A stretch of 64,000 bases of DNA from an uncultured Candidatus Bathyarchaeia archaeon (GCA_964487465.1 CAZAQI010000001.1:1768-65767), one strand, 5' to 3'. Positions 47,072 to 56,798 are shown, counted from the first letter of the stretch. Numbers and translations: made by a program. The notes: a model not told the origin generated them from the letters alone.

Positions 47072-47464
47072 TTAGTCTCTTGGACCGACTCTGTCCTTCT
47101 TGTATTCATCGAATACTCCGGGACACGCGTGGCCCTCGTATGGTCCATCCCACCACTCGTATAGCACTGTGTCTTCTATGGGTACGAGAATATGAGGTAT
47201 TCCCTTGGGGGTCTTATGTACTGTGTTCTCCTTTAGGATGTGTTCCTCTAGTTTGCCATCTATTTCTTTAACCACCATAGCTGAGCCTCCGAGAAGCACA
47301 GTGTATTGATCATAGGGATGAATATGATCCCCACGATAGGCACCCTTCTTTGTTTCAAGAAAGCTGCACCATTTACCGTTTACATCTGCACCGAATCCTT
47401 TACCTACTTTTGGTCTCGTTCCCCATTCCTTGACATTGAAATCCATGAATATCCTTTTTTTCAC
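47072..47464 (-). CDS. cupin domain protein
   Basis: A GDHIHPYDQYTVLLGG...HKTPKGIPHIL two-motif cupin pattern in a 130-aa protein. Confidence 0.45.
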   Translation of the reverse strand: MKKRIFMDFNVKEWGTRPKVGKGFGADVNGKWCSFLETKKGAYRGDHIHPYDQYTVLLGGSAMVVKEIDGKLEEHILKENTVHKTPKGIPHILVPIEDTVLYEWWDGPYEGHACPGVFDEYKKDRVGPRD

Positions 47465-47617
47465 GTATTTTATCGCTTAAAGCAATATCTATGGGATTCT
47501 AGCAATGGTTTTCCGTTTATTAGAATTGTCTCAAATAAATGGATTATTCATGTTTATGGGTATGATTTTATAATCTGTACAACATTATCATTGATGAATA
47601 TCCCTTTAGGTGACAAA

Positions 47618-47941
47618 ATGGCGCAAGAAGACAAGATACTAGGCGTAGTAAACGCCGTTGGAATGGAGAGAGACGAGAAAGAATACAGAAAATTCAACCT
47701 AACCGTGGGAATCAAGGTAAAGACGGATAAGAGAGTATCATACACCGAGGGAGAGAAACTGATGAAACAGCTCCAGAAAGACTTGATGGGTAAAAACATC
47801 GAGCTTGAGATGGTCGCAGTCCCATGCCCCATATGCGGAAGGACGTTTAACTCCCAGTTCGGTATGGAACAACATAAACGTATGAAACACAAGGATGAAG
47901 AAAAAAAGAAGAAAAAGAAAAGCAAAAAATCAAAGAAATAG
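47618..47941 (+). CDS. C2H2 zinc-finger protein with lysine-rich C-terminal tail
   Basis: 107 aa from MAQEDKILGV. Single C2H2 finger CPICGRTFNSQFGMEQHKRMKH, followed by KDEEKKKKKKSKKSKK. The upstream part of the 211-aa ORF-track entry overlaps the cupin gene and is rejected. Confidence 0.55.
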   Translation: MAQEDKILGVVNAVGMERDEKEYRKFNLTVGIKVKTDKRVSYTEGEKLMKQLQKDLMGKNIELEMVAVPCPICGRTFNSQFGMEQHKRMKHKDEEKKKKKKSKKSKK

Positions 47942-47950
47942 GTTTAAGAA

Positions 47951-48025
47951 TGGAGCCTCGGGCGGGATTCGAACCCGCGGCCAACAGCTTACAAGGCTGC
48001 CGCTCTACCTCTGAGCTACCAAGGC
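47951..48025 (-). tRNA. tRNA-Thr (anticodon TGT), encoded CCA
   Basis: Reverse complement GCCUUGGUAGCUCAGAGGUAGAGCGGCAGCCUUGUAAGCUGUUGGCCGCGGGUUCGAAUCCCGCCCGAGGCUCCA folds as a canonical cloverleaf with anticodon loop CUUGUAA. Confidence 0.85.
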
Positions 48026-48140
48026 GATGTGCACCAACTATGATATGGGCAATCAAATAAAGATTATTCTAAGAGAGCATGTAAAATCATGCTACGGGTC
48101 TAAACACCTATAAGCAGAGACGAATTGAGTTGATTTAACC

Positions 48141-49136
48141 TTGAAATCCGGGGTAATTACGGGTCTGTTCTTGCTTCTCATCGGGTTCCAGATGACTGTT
48201 TTTGAGGATTGTGAAGAGCTAGAGATGGCTATGGTTCCTAGCAGCGAGTTTAATCAATCAAAGATCCAGAGTCTAATACAGTGCAATACTCCAGTTGTTC
48301 TATACGGAGAAGATATTTCAAGTTTAATTGATGTATTTGAGCCAAGTTTCATTATCACGAATAGGACAGAGTCGAGCACTGGACTCGTGGTGAGCGGCTT
48401 CTGGCTCCAAGAAGCGAGGGACAAGACAATAGAACACCAGTTAAGAATATACGATATTAGTTACCATGAAAGATTCCAAGATAAAATCAGTAACTGGATT
48501 GAAGAGAGCACCGCTATAACTCAACCCAAAGATTACACTGTTGAGAGTATTATCACCGTTATTGAGTACCATGAACCATCTGGTTTCATCGAGACAGAGA
48601 TGGAGATTCTGAAGCTTGCCGACGATAACATAGAATATGACTGGTATGATGTCTCAATAAATCAACACCTAGTACCTGGGTCCAACTATTCTTCATCAAG
48701 CTGGGAGTGGAACTGGCTAACTTATACCATGAACGGCTCACTAGGTAAATCAAACATCCAATTATCAAACTATGATCAACCGCCTAGCAATGAACTGCCC
48801 AAGGGACCTTTCGGTTTCCTCTGGAGAATAATGGGCTTCGATATCAGGAAGATAATTCCCTGGCTAAAGCCACCTGAACCCGGAGTAGAAGGTATCGACA
48901 TGAGTGACTTTAGCCAAGAGGTTTTCCAAGTCAGATACTCAGCACCAGAAAGATACATGCATAAAAATGAGCCGTTAACAGTTAAACACCACTATGTTAT
49001 ACGGGTCACGGAGGAAGAGCCACCCGTTTTCTGGCATCAGACACAGGTTAAGTATACGCAGGCTAGTGACTTCGCCAAAATACCCTATATCACCCCACCC
49101 ATAGTATCAGGTTACGTGGAAAAACAAAGCAAATAA
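48141..49136 (+). CDS. hypothetical secreted/membrane-anchored protein (N-terminal hydrophobic segment)
   Basis: N-terminal MKSGVITGLFLLLIGFQMTVF signal/anchor. The rest is hydrophilic and rich in W/Y/N. No family recognised. Confidence 0.45.
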   Translation: MKSGVITGLFLLLIGFQMTVFEDCEELEMAMVPSSEFNQSKIQSLIQCNTPVVLYGEDISSLIDVFEPSFIITNRTESSTGLVVSGFWLQEARDKTIEHQLRIYDISYHERFQDKISNWIEESTAITQPKDYTVESIITVIEYHEPSGFIETEMEILKLADDNIEYDWYDVSINQHLVPGSNYSSSSWEWNWLTYTMNGSLGKSNIQLSNYDQPPSNELPKGPFGFLWRIMGFDIRKIIPWLKPPEPGVEGIDMSDFSQEVFQVRYSAPERYMHKNEPLTVKHHYVIRVTEEEPPVFWHQTQVKYTQASDFAKIPYITPPIVSGYVEKQSK

Positions 49137-49140
49137 CTGG

Positions 49141-49686
49141 TTAGAGGCTTTCACCCAAAGCTCTAGCCTTCTCCAGTAAAATCTCATTATCCTTAACAGG
49201 GTTGTTACCTGTTCCATGCGCCTTAAGAGAGCCATGAACCTCCATGTTCCAGTAGTGACTCATCCTATCGTTCAGCCATTCAACTACTTCATCATAGACA
49301 TTCGGGTTATCCCAGCCACAGGTGAAGACACTGATGAACTGTATATCGTCCTTTATCCGTTTCCGGTACTCTGCTCCATGGCTCTTACTGTAATAGTAGA
49401 GTCTATCTATGAATAACTTAGCTCGTGAACTAACATGATCATAGTAAATGGGGGTACCCAGAACCATGGCATCCATAGACTCCAAGTGAGGCATTAACTT
49501 CGTGAAACCGTCATCAGGATAAACGTATCCATCTTCATCTGCTTCAAGAGGATTAAGGTCCAATTCACTTAGATAAAACAGGGTAGCCTCGTTTCCAGCT
49601 TCCTCTGCACCCTTGATTACTTCCTCAACTAGTCTAGCCGTGTTTCCATTCTTACGGGGTCCAGCCACTATGCCTAATACTTTCAT
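49141..49686 (-). CDS. NADPH-dependent FMN reductase / flavodoxin-like fold protein
   Basis: MKVLGIVAGPRKNGNTARL (GxPRxxxNT) N-terminal flavin-binding motif. Start chosen at 49686. Confidence 0.6.
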   Translation of the reverse strand: MKVLGIVAGPRKNGNTARLVEEVIKGAEEAGNEATLFYLSELDLNPLEADEDGYVYPDDGFTKLMPHLESMDAMVLGTPIYYDHVSSRAKLFIDRLYYYSKSHGAEYRKRIKDDIQFISVFTCGWDNPNVYDEVVEWLNDRMSHYWNMEVHGSLKAHGTGNNPVKDNEILLEKARALGESL

Positions 49687-49793
49687 ACACATCAATGGTA
49701 CCCGGGTTGTTATCAAAGTAACTACCACAATGTATAGAAGCCCTTTTAGATTAGTATTAATTCTCTACAGCGTTAGACGAGAAAACCTGTACG

Positions 49794-50669
49794 GTGCACG
49801 TCCATATGTCTGTAAACGAAAACAAACTTGATGAACTGGAAGAACAGGCAGCTGAATTAAGAGAACAGAGAAACCAGTTATTCGAGAAGATCAGTAAAAT
49901 CAGAGATGAGAGAGACCGCCTGAATAAGAAAGCCAGAGCCGCACGCGAACAAGCTCATAAGCATAAGAAAGAGAGGGATCGGATTAACGCCAAGGTACAA
50001 GAGATAAAACAGAGCCTTGGACCTCTCTTTGACGAATTATCCGAAAAAAACAAGGAGCTTAGAAAAGCGGATAGGGCTCTTAGAGAAGAGTACCGAGGAT
50101 TACCCAGTAAGAAGAAGGTCCAGGAGGACCTCAAACGCATCGAGTGGGAGGTAATGACTACGCCCACACAGGAGATGCTGGGGAGAGAAGAGGAGCTGGT
50201 TAAGCGGGCATCCGATCTCAGGAAGACCCTTGAAGAATTCAAGGGAATCGAAGAGAAGAAAGATGTGAAAAAGGATTATCTCGCGGATAAGAGAACCACG
50301 GAAGCAGAGATTAATGCTCTCAGAGACGAGATCAACCAGTTGGCTGAGAAGAGTCAGGAACACCATGAACGAATGATTCTATTCTTCGAGCAAGCGGATA
50401 AAGACCAAGAGATGGCCGACGCCGCCCATAAACGCTACGTAGATAAGATTAAAGAGGCTGATGAGATTAAGAGCGAGCTCAGCGTAATTATGCCTGAGGT
50501 CAATGCTTTAAAGGATGGACTTGCAGCTCATGATCAAAGACTCGCCGAGCTACGTAAGATGAACGCCCAGGAGAGAGCTGAGGCTAGGAAACAGGCGGCT
50601 ATTAAGAAGATGGAGAACGGGGAGAAGCTCAGTTTCCAGGAGCTTAAACTCATCTACGATGAAGAGTAA
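49794..50669 (+). CDS. archaeal coiled-coil protein (COG1340-like), function unknown
   Basis: About 290 aa, almost entirely heptad-repeat, charged (E/K/R-rich) sequence. Confidence 0.45.
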   Translation: MHVHMSVNENKLDELEEQAAELREQRNQLFEKISKIRDERDRLNKKARAAREQAHKHKKERDRINAKVQEIKQSLGPLFDELSEKNKELRKADRALREEYRGLPSKKKVQEDLKRIEWEVMTTPTQEMLGREEELVKRASDLRKTLEEFKGIEEKKDVKKDYLADKRTTEAEINALRDEINQLAEKSQEHHERMILFFEQADKDQEMADAAHKRYVDKIKEADEIKSELSVIMPEVNALKDGLAAHDQRLAELRKMNAQERAEARKQAAIKKMENGEKLSFQELKLIYDEE

Positions 50670-50670
50670 G

Positions 50671-51600
50671 TTAGGTCCTATATATGGGGCAGGTCATACA
50701 GTGTATACCGCCCATTCCTTTTCGCATCTCTTCACCGGGGATCTGGATTACCTCGATCCCACGTTCACTGCATTCCCTCATAACCCTCGGGTTACCTGTA
50801 TAGTGGAAAGCTAGATCTCTGTCTATTGTCAGGAAGTTTGCAGCCATATCAAAACATTCCTGGTCATTTATCTCTAGGATGTCCCAGTTTTCTTCTCGCA
50901 ACCACTCGGTAAAGCTTCCTCTCCAAGTCTCATTACTTGTCTTGAACACCGTGGGGACGTTCTCCATTACCTCGGGGTGGATTAAAGCCACTTTTCCGGG
51001 GAGTTCACAGAACTCGCCGTCGATGTGTACGATGCCGGGCGGCATTTTGAGCTGGATGAATAGGTTTACCAGGTTGTTTTCCAGTAGATAGTCGCTAATC
51101 TGGTTTAACGCGCCCTTTGTTGCTCTGTCACATAGACCAGCTACAGCGACTCCTTCCTCTAGTAGAGCGAATCCTCCTCCCTCAAAGCTCTCAGGCTCAT
51201 GCATCTCCATAGCAATGGGTACACCGTTAGCCCGGTGAGCTGCTTTTATGATGGGGGTCTCTAGTCGTCTACTGGGTAACCCCATCCTGAATAGTAGGGC
51301 ACCGTTATTGGTCATGGTGCTGCTATCCCTGACGAACACTAGGTTGGGTGTCTTATAGCTCTGTTCTAGTGCTTTTTCATTGTCCGCGATAAGGTCACGT
51401 ACAAGCAGGGTTTCTACTCCGGCTTCACGTAAAGCGTTCACGAGTTCCTTGTGGTCGTTGATGAAGCGTGTTACGTCTACTGGTTGATCAAAGTGGTGTG
51501 CAACTGGGTCATCGTTGGCTAGCTCAAGTTCCTTTCCCGGGTGATGAACCATTACCCGTTTTAGGGTTCCTGATTCATGGGTTATTCCATATTTTGACAT
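50671..51600 (-). CDS. amidinotransferase-superfamily hydrolase (dimethylarginine dimethylaminohydrolase / arginine deiminase-like)
   Basis: C-terminal catalytic Cys in GMGGIHCMTCPI, plus upstream Asp/His-containing segments. The 309-aa length fits DDAH. Confidence 0.6.
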   Translation of the reverse strand: MSKYGITHESGTLKRVMVHHPGKELELANDDPVAHHFDQPVDVTRFINDHKELVNALREAGVETLLVRDLIADNEKALEQSYKTPNLVFVRDSSTMTNNGALLFRMGLPSRRLETPIIKAAHRANGVPIAMEMHEPESFEGGGFALLEEGVAVAGLCDRATKGALNQISDYLLENNLVNLFIQLKMPPGIVHIDGEFCELPGKVALIHPEVMENVPTVFKTSNETWRGSFTEWLREENWDILEINDQECFDMAANFLTIDRDLAFHYTGNPRVMRECSERGIEVIQIPGEEMRKGMGGIHCMTCPIYRT

Positions 51601-51655
51601 ACCGTATTCTAATTGGGTAGGACATAAAACACTATGCAGGAGCCGGGTTAGGGGG

Positions 51656-51937
51656 TTACTTGGATTTTTTCTTGGCTGCTCTCTTCTCTGCTCGTGCTCT
51701 CCGCTTCTCGGCTTTCTCTCTTTCTTTCTCTGTTATTCGGTATTTTCGTTGACCGTCGTCGGCTTTGAAGCTGTTTATCCGCTCGTCTTTGAACATTTTT
51801 TTTAGTAGTGTGAATGCTTTTTTTTCTTTGACGTCTAGTTCATCGGCTATCTCTGTTAGTGACATTGGTCCATCGAGTAGTAGGACTCCGATCTTGTTTC
51901 TTAGTGTTGATGCTGACATAGTCTTCAACCAAATCAT
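51656..51937 (-). CDS. small winged-helix DNA-binding protein with basic C-terminal tail
   Basis: LLLDGPMSLTEIADELDVKEKKAFTLLKKM HTH-like, followed by EKEREKAEKRRARAEKRAAKKKSK. Confidence 0.4.
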   Translation of the reverse strand: MIWLKTMSASTLRNKIGVLLLDGPMSLTEIADELDVKEKKAFTLLKKMFKDERINSFKADDGQRKYRITEKEREKAEKRRARAEKRAAKKKSK

Positions 51938-52108
51938 ATGGGGTTTTTTTATTAAAACTTGACGTGTTTTGGGTTATTTTAGTATTTAAATTCACCGGTA
52001 ATTGCATCTTTTTTGTGGGTTGTTGTGGTTTTAGGGTTATACAGGGTTTAGGGAGTTAACACGCTTTGGTTAACCTTATATGGTTGACGACGTTAGTTTG
52101 ATCTGTAT

Positions 52109-53359
52109 ATGAATCAACTGTGGATGGCTGCATTCACGTATGCATCCGCCCTGATATTACTCACAGAAGCATTCTCCTTGATGTACCGATCAACAAAGGT
52201 ACCTAACTATGCACTGGGAACACTCATGACCATAGGAGCCTATACAGCTTATACCAGTAAACATATTCTCCATAATCCAGTATATCTAGGTTTTCCCGCC
52301 GCTTTTCTAGTAGGCTCAATACTGACGTTAATCATCAGTACGTTCATCATCGAGCCATTGATGAGAAAAGGCAGACCACTGGTTGAGATGACCCTGGCAA
52401 CCATTGGGTTAGGAATACTATTAGAAGCCTTGATCCAAATTTATCATAAATACATCAAGGTTCCCTATACAAACATAATGCTCCGTCAATATGATTTCAA
52501 GATCGGAGAAATATATTGCATTTTTCCAGTATCAACAGTATTAGCTATATCATCGTTTCTACTAATCAGGCATATCTTCAAATCAACCCGATTTGGGTGC
52601 TCTGTCAGAGCGGTTTTGGATAATGTTGAGTTAGCTCAGGTTCAGGGCATTAACCCGACAAGAAGTAGGAAGGTTATCTGGGTCCTTGCTGGTGGTTTAG
52701 CGGGTTTATCAGGTGCGATAATGACTATGTGGTTCCATCTTACGCCTATAAGTGGTTCATGGATTATGATTTCTATTATTGCCGCTGCGTTACTTGGTGG
52801 GATTGACAGTTATAGAGGTGCGTTTATAGGAGGCTTGTTGACGGGTCTCGGGGAGATAATGTTAGTCACCTGGGGTCAGAGTATCATAGGAGTGTGGGTA
52901 GGTGGGTTTAGAATTCTTGTACCCGTAATGGTTATTGTTCTTGTGTTGATGTTCGCCCCGAATGGGTTATTTGGATCTGATATAGTACAAGAGGGGTTAG
53001 TATCTAGACATCGGCTTACGAAATCCAACAGGAAATATCTGATGATAGCATCAATTTTGCTCATAGTATGTGGATCACTTCTTACACATACGTGTAACGT
53101 GAATAAGGCAAAGGCGAAGGATGAGGCCATCCAAGGGTTCTCTGGGTTTGATTTAGAGGTTAGAGAAATTGATCATAGTGTAACCTGTTTCAATGTTGGT
53201 AATCTAACAGTCTTTAAAAACACCATTGAGAGGTTGAATATTTCTAGGGTCTATATGGAGCCCAATGGTGTAACGTTTTATTATATTCGGAATGATGTTT
53301 ACTGGGTGACCAATGTTAGGTTTAAACGCATAGGATTATGCAGATTTGAAGTAGAATAA
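52109..53359 (+). CDS. LivH-like ABC permease paralog with roughly 110-aa non-membrane C-terminal extension (orphan)
   Basis: It aligns along its whole membrane domain with the LivH at 12460, including the shared GIN(P/T)...motif and the C-terminal ...VTWGQSIIGVWVGGFR. No partner ATPase or SBP genes flank it. Confidence 0.7.
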   Translation: MNQLWMAAFTYASALILLTEAFSLMYRSTKVPNYALGTLMTIGAYTAYTSKHILHNPVYLGFPAAFLVGSILTLIISTFIIEPLMRKGRPLVEMTLATIGLGILLEALIQIYHKYIKVPYTNIMLRQYDFKIGEIYCIFPVSTVLAISSFLLIRHIFKSTRFGCSVRAVLDNVELAQVQGINPTRSRKVIWVLAGGLAGLSGAIMTMWFHLTPISGSWIMISIIAAALLGGIDSYRGAFIGGLLTGLGEIMLVTWGQSIIGVWVGGFRILVPVMVIVLVLMFAPNGLFGSDIVQEGLVSRHRLTKSNRKYLMIASILLIVCGSLLTHTCNVNKAKAKDEAIQGFSGFDLEVREIDHSVTCFNVGNLTVFKNTIERLNISRVYMEPNGVTFYYIRNDVYWVTNVRFKRIGLCRFEVE

Positions 53360-53417
53360 GGATAAAACAATCGTACCTAAACAATATAGGTCACGTTTCA
53401 CCATCACTCATGACTGA

Positions 53418-53654
53418 GTGAGTATGCCCAGAAAAGTCTCAAGGGGAAAACACGGGGTATGTCCACGCATCAAAGAGTGTAAACGACCTATAACTAGACT
53501 GCATTTTAATACGTTCTGTCTCGGAGGCAACTGGAAAAAATGTCACTGGTACAACAAGTGGGCGCGTACATTAAAACGACCACTGGTACATCTTCAGAAG
53601 ATGGCTGTAAGCCAAGCTCAAAAAGCAGAACAATTAGCCGAAAAAGACAACTAG
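53418..53654 (+). CDS. hypothetical small basic Cys/His-containing protein
   Basis: 78 aa: GVCPRIKECKRPITRLHFNTFCLGGNWKKCHW. No family recognised. Confidence 0.3.
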   Translation: MSMPRKVSRGKHGVCPRIKECKRPITRLHFNTFCLGGNWKKCHWYNKWARTLKRPLVHLQKMAVSQAQKAEQLAEKDN

Positions 53655-53705
53655 AAATCAGAGGCAGATAAATATCAAAACAAATCCGAGAAAACATAAA
53701 ATGGT

Positions 53706-54377
53706 TTAATGCCTTCTTACGGCGATGGCTCTTACTATGTCAGCGGTATTCTCACACCAGTCTGCAATGGTCTCAAGAGCATCAAAGAACTCGTTTATCA
53801 TTATTAACTGACCAGTCTTAAACTCAGTTAGTTCATCTTTAGCGAAATAGAAGCGAGCCTCACCATACAGATCGTCTATTGTTTCCTCAAGCATCTCTAC
53901 CTCATCCGCGAGACTTAATGCCTTATTGGGGTCTCGCGGTAAGGCGTCAATGCTTTTGATTAATACCTTAACGCAATCCACGTTAGCTTTCACCATTTTG
54001 AAAGCCGAGTCCTTGAGGTTATCAGTCACCTTCTCAAAGGGGATTGTTCTCAGTATCCTACCAGCCTCCTTGGACCAGTCCGCTATCCAGTCAACTGCCC
54101 TGACAAGCTCCATGAGATCATCCCTTTCTTCAGGATACATCTCACCCTTAGTTAGCTCCTCTACCATGTTTCTTCTAAGCTCGTCAGCCTCTTTCTCAAA
54201 CCTGCTAATATCTGTGAATATGTTGCTTCCTGATTCTTGCCCGTCTTCACTCGCTGCTTCAACCATGGTCTGGAGGCTTGTGACCGCTTTTTCTGTTAAC
54301 TCTAGGTGTTTCTCCACCATCTCTAGTACGTTGGCTCCTCTGTTGGGCCCTAATCTTCCGAATAGTCTTCTCGCCAT
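53706..54377 (-). CDS. PhoU-like phosphate-transport regulator (DUF47 family)
   Basis: DUF47 pattern: N-terminal LFGRL..., EADELRRNMVEEL, PEERDDLMELVRAVDWIADW, C-terminal IADWCENTADIVRAIAVRR. Confidence 0.65.
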   Translation of the reverse strand: MARRLFGRLGPNRGANVLEMVEKHLELTEKAVTSLQTMVEAASEDGQESGSNIFTDISRFEKEADELRRNMVEELTKGEMYPEERDDLMELVRAVDWIADWSKEAGRILRTIPFEKVTDNLKDSAFKMVKANVDCVKVLIKSIDALPRDPNKALSLADEVEMLEETIDDLYGEARFYFAKDELTEFKTGQLIMINEFFDALETIADWCENTADIVRAIAVRRH

Positions 54378-54405
54378 TTATCTACACACCTCAAATTTTT
54401 TAACA

Positions 54406-55083
54406 TTATATCACTCTAATCGCTATAGCTCTAGCGATGTCAGCCGAGTTTTCGCACCAGTCAGATGCTTCTTCGATGGAGGATATGAGTTCATTAACCA
54501 GTATCAATGCGCTCCTAGTGAGTTCTCCTTCATCCATCATTACTAGTTGATTTCTAGCCTCACCGAATAAATCATCCATATCCTCTTCCAATAACTCAAC
54601 CTGGTCAGCAAGATCAAGCGCTTTTTGCGGGTTCCTTGATAACTCGTGTATACATTTGGATAATACCTTTACAGTGGCATAGTTTGCTCTACACATATTT
54701 TCTACTGAATCCCTGAATATAGCCTGCAACTTTTCGAAGGGAATAATGACTAAAAGCCTACTTGCCTCCCTTGATAGATCTGCGATCCAGTCGACAGCTC
54801 TGACTAGTTCTATCAAGTCATCACGTTCATTGGGATAAAGATCTCTTTTACTTAGCTCGTTTACCATGTCTCGTCTAATTCTGTCTGCTTGCATCTCATA
54901 ACGGCTTATTGACTCATAATGTGGTTTCTTTCTTTCAGGCTCCTCGACTATGTTCTGTACCATCTCATATAATTGATAAACTGCCTTTGTTGTCAACTCT
55001 AGGTGTTCATAGGTCATTTCTAGGACTGTCTCCTTTCTACGGTCCCCGAACCATCTTAGTATTCTTTCACTCACAGTTATCAC
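54406..55083 (-). CDS. PhoU-like phosphate-transport regulator (DUF47 family), paralog
   Basis: It carries the same motifs as the neighbouring gene (EADRIRRDMVNEL, PNERDDLIELVRAVDWIADL, ASDWCENSADIARAIAIR). Confidence 0.65.
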   Translation of the reverse strand: MITVSERILRWFGDRRKETVLEMTYEHLELTTKAVYQLYEMVQNIVEEPERKKPHYESISRYEMQADRIRRDMVNELSKRDLYPNERDDLIELVRAVDWIADLSREASRLLVIIPFEKLQAIFRDSVENMCRANYATVKVLSKCIHELSRNPQKALDLADQVELLEEDMDDLFGEARNQLVMMDEGELTRSALILVNELISSIEEASDWCENSADIARAIAIRVI

Positions 55084-56286
55084 CTACAATAGATATATTA
55101 TAAGAATTGGCACCACAAAGAACACTCCGATAACCCAGGCAAGTAACGCGAAGGCAACATTCTGGTTTTTAGTTATTTTAGCTCCTAACCACTCAGCGAT
55201 TGCTACGGGTACAAATCTCAATGGAGATATCAACCAAAGAGTCATTGCCATGAGGTTAAGTAAAACGTGGGCACTTCCCAGAATCATTCCTGTGACGCCG
55301 CCTGCCATATATCCATAGATCTGAGAAAGGTCTACGGCGGTTGCCATGTTAGTACCAACAAGATATGGGTACGCGGTCTTGAGATCAACAACCTTGGTAG
55401 CAAGGAAGGGGATTACTAGACTGCTACCGATGCTGCTACTTCCAACCAAGAAAGTTACTGCGAATCCGGTGAAGAATCCTCGTACTGGATTATTGAACGC
55501 TGCTTTTACCCGGTCCTCCCATTCAAGCTCAATCATTTTCTCAAGGTTCTTGGTTATCATGTTCATAGATAGAATGATGACTATGAACCAGAAGATGAAT
55601 AAAATGACTCCACCAGCTCTAGCACCAGTTAGATTAACCAAGACTCCTTTCATCGGGTTTATTATCGGTTCTTTAATTATGAGATCAACGAGGCTGTCCT
55701 CAAAGCTAGCGAAAAAACTCTCAAGTTTAAGTACATTAGTGTAGAAATCACCTAGCCTTAACACGATTTTACTGATAAAGCCAAATGAGAGTTCTAATGC
55801 AAAGAAGATTGTTATTGTTAGGGCTTCGTATACATCATCAACTATTACACCGGGGATTGTTTCTTTGAATTCATCCATTGTCATCCCTCGTTCTATACCG
55901 AATGCTACAATTGTGTTTGTAACGGTGGTTCCAATATTAGCGCCGAGCACCATGGGGACACCGAATTGGATCGCATCTGAAAGAGGTAAGCCTCCTGCTA
56001 CCATCCCAGACATACTCACCATTGTTGTGGCGACCACCGCGCTACTGCTCTGCACTAATGCTGTACCCAAGATACCGAGGGCTAGTCCAGTTACTGCGGC
56101 TGTTTCTGAGGTCACCATTTCTAGGATAATTGTCTGCCACTCAGCGAAAATCAGTTTAAAGCCGGTTTTAACCCCTTCAAGGCTTGAGATAAAGAAGAAT
56201 ACACTTAGAAAGAGCGAAACACCAACACGTACTCGTTTATCAGAGAGTATCGGGACATCGTCATACCATTTTTTAGTCTTAAACAT
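55084..56286 (-). CDS. Na+/phosphate cotransporter (NptA / type II Na-Pi cotransporter-like)
   Basis: Polytopic membrane protein with the GANIGTT signature (VLGANIGTTVTNTIVAFG). Its stop abuts the first PhoU-like gene. Confidence 0.7.
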   Translation of the reverse strand: MFKTKKWYDDVPILSDKRVRVGVSLFLSVFFFISSLEGVKTGFKLIFAEWQTIILEMVTSETAAVTGLALGILGTALVQSSSAVVATTMVSMSGMVAGGLPLSDAIQFGVPMVLGANIGTTVTNTIVAFGIERGMTMDEFKETIPGVIVDDVYEALTITIFFALELSFGFISKIVLRLGDFYTNVLKLESFFASFEDSLVDLIIKEPIINPMKGVLVNLTGARAGGVILFIFWFIVIILSMNMITKNLEKMIELEWEDRVKAAFNNPVRGFFTGFAVTFLVGSSSIGSSLVIPFLATKVVDLKTAYPYLVGTNMATAVDLSQIYGYMAGGVTGMILGSAHVLLNLMAMTLWLISPLRFVPVAIAEWLGAKITKNQNVAFALLAWVIGVFFVVPILIIYLL

Positions 56287-56798
56287 ATATAATCCCCATA
56301 GCTACTATAGATTACTATCTGACTAGGCTAAGAACCATACATTTTGTAATAAATAGTTTGGTACAATAAAGTATATTGAAAAATATAGTCAATATAGAAT
56401 ATATAGGTCTGTGTATGGGTAGTCATCTCTATGATCTAGCTTCTACGGACCAGATTCGTGGTATGTGGTCCACACTCCATAGAGAGCTTCAAGGCGTGAT
56501 TAACCCAGCATATTCATTTATACTTAAAATAAGGACGTGATATCGTAATTAATCACAGAGAAAACAGTAATTCTCATCACGATTATGTGGCATTTTAATA
56601 TGAGGGTAGGGGAAAAAGCGGGAGAATATCCCAAAACCCCTTCCTCAAACGCATAATCACATACTAGGTTAAAGAGATTCCTAAAACAGGATACGTAATA
56701 TAATGTGCTTAACCAGATCAGAGATCACAAGAATATGGGGAAACGGTCAAGGATTAAATACCCTGATGTCGACTATCAGAGACATTAAGGGAAACACT

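Noticed and set aside
47306-47617. N-terminal 104 aa of the 211-aa ORF-track entry 47306-47941
   Set aside because: It runs antisense through the cupin gene (47072-47464). The real gene is the C2H2 protein starting at ATG 47618.
56560-56600. Possible C/D-box sRNA in the 415-nt intergenic region (a GTGATGA C-box-like motif on the minus strand)
   Set aside because: No properly spaced D box (CUGA) or C-prime/D-prime boxes could be found. I kept only a generic low-interest note about the GC-richer core.
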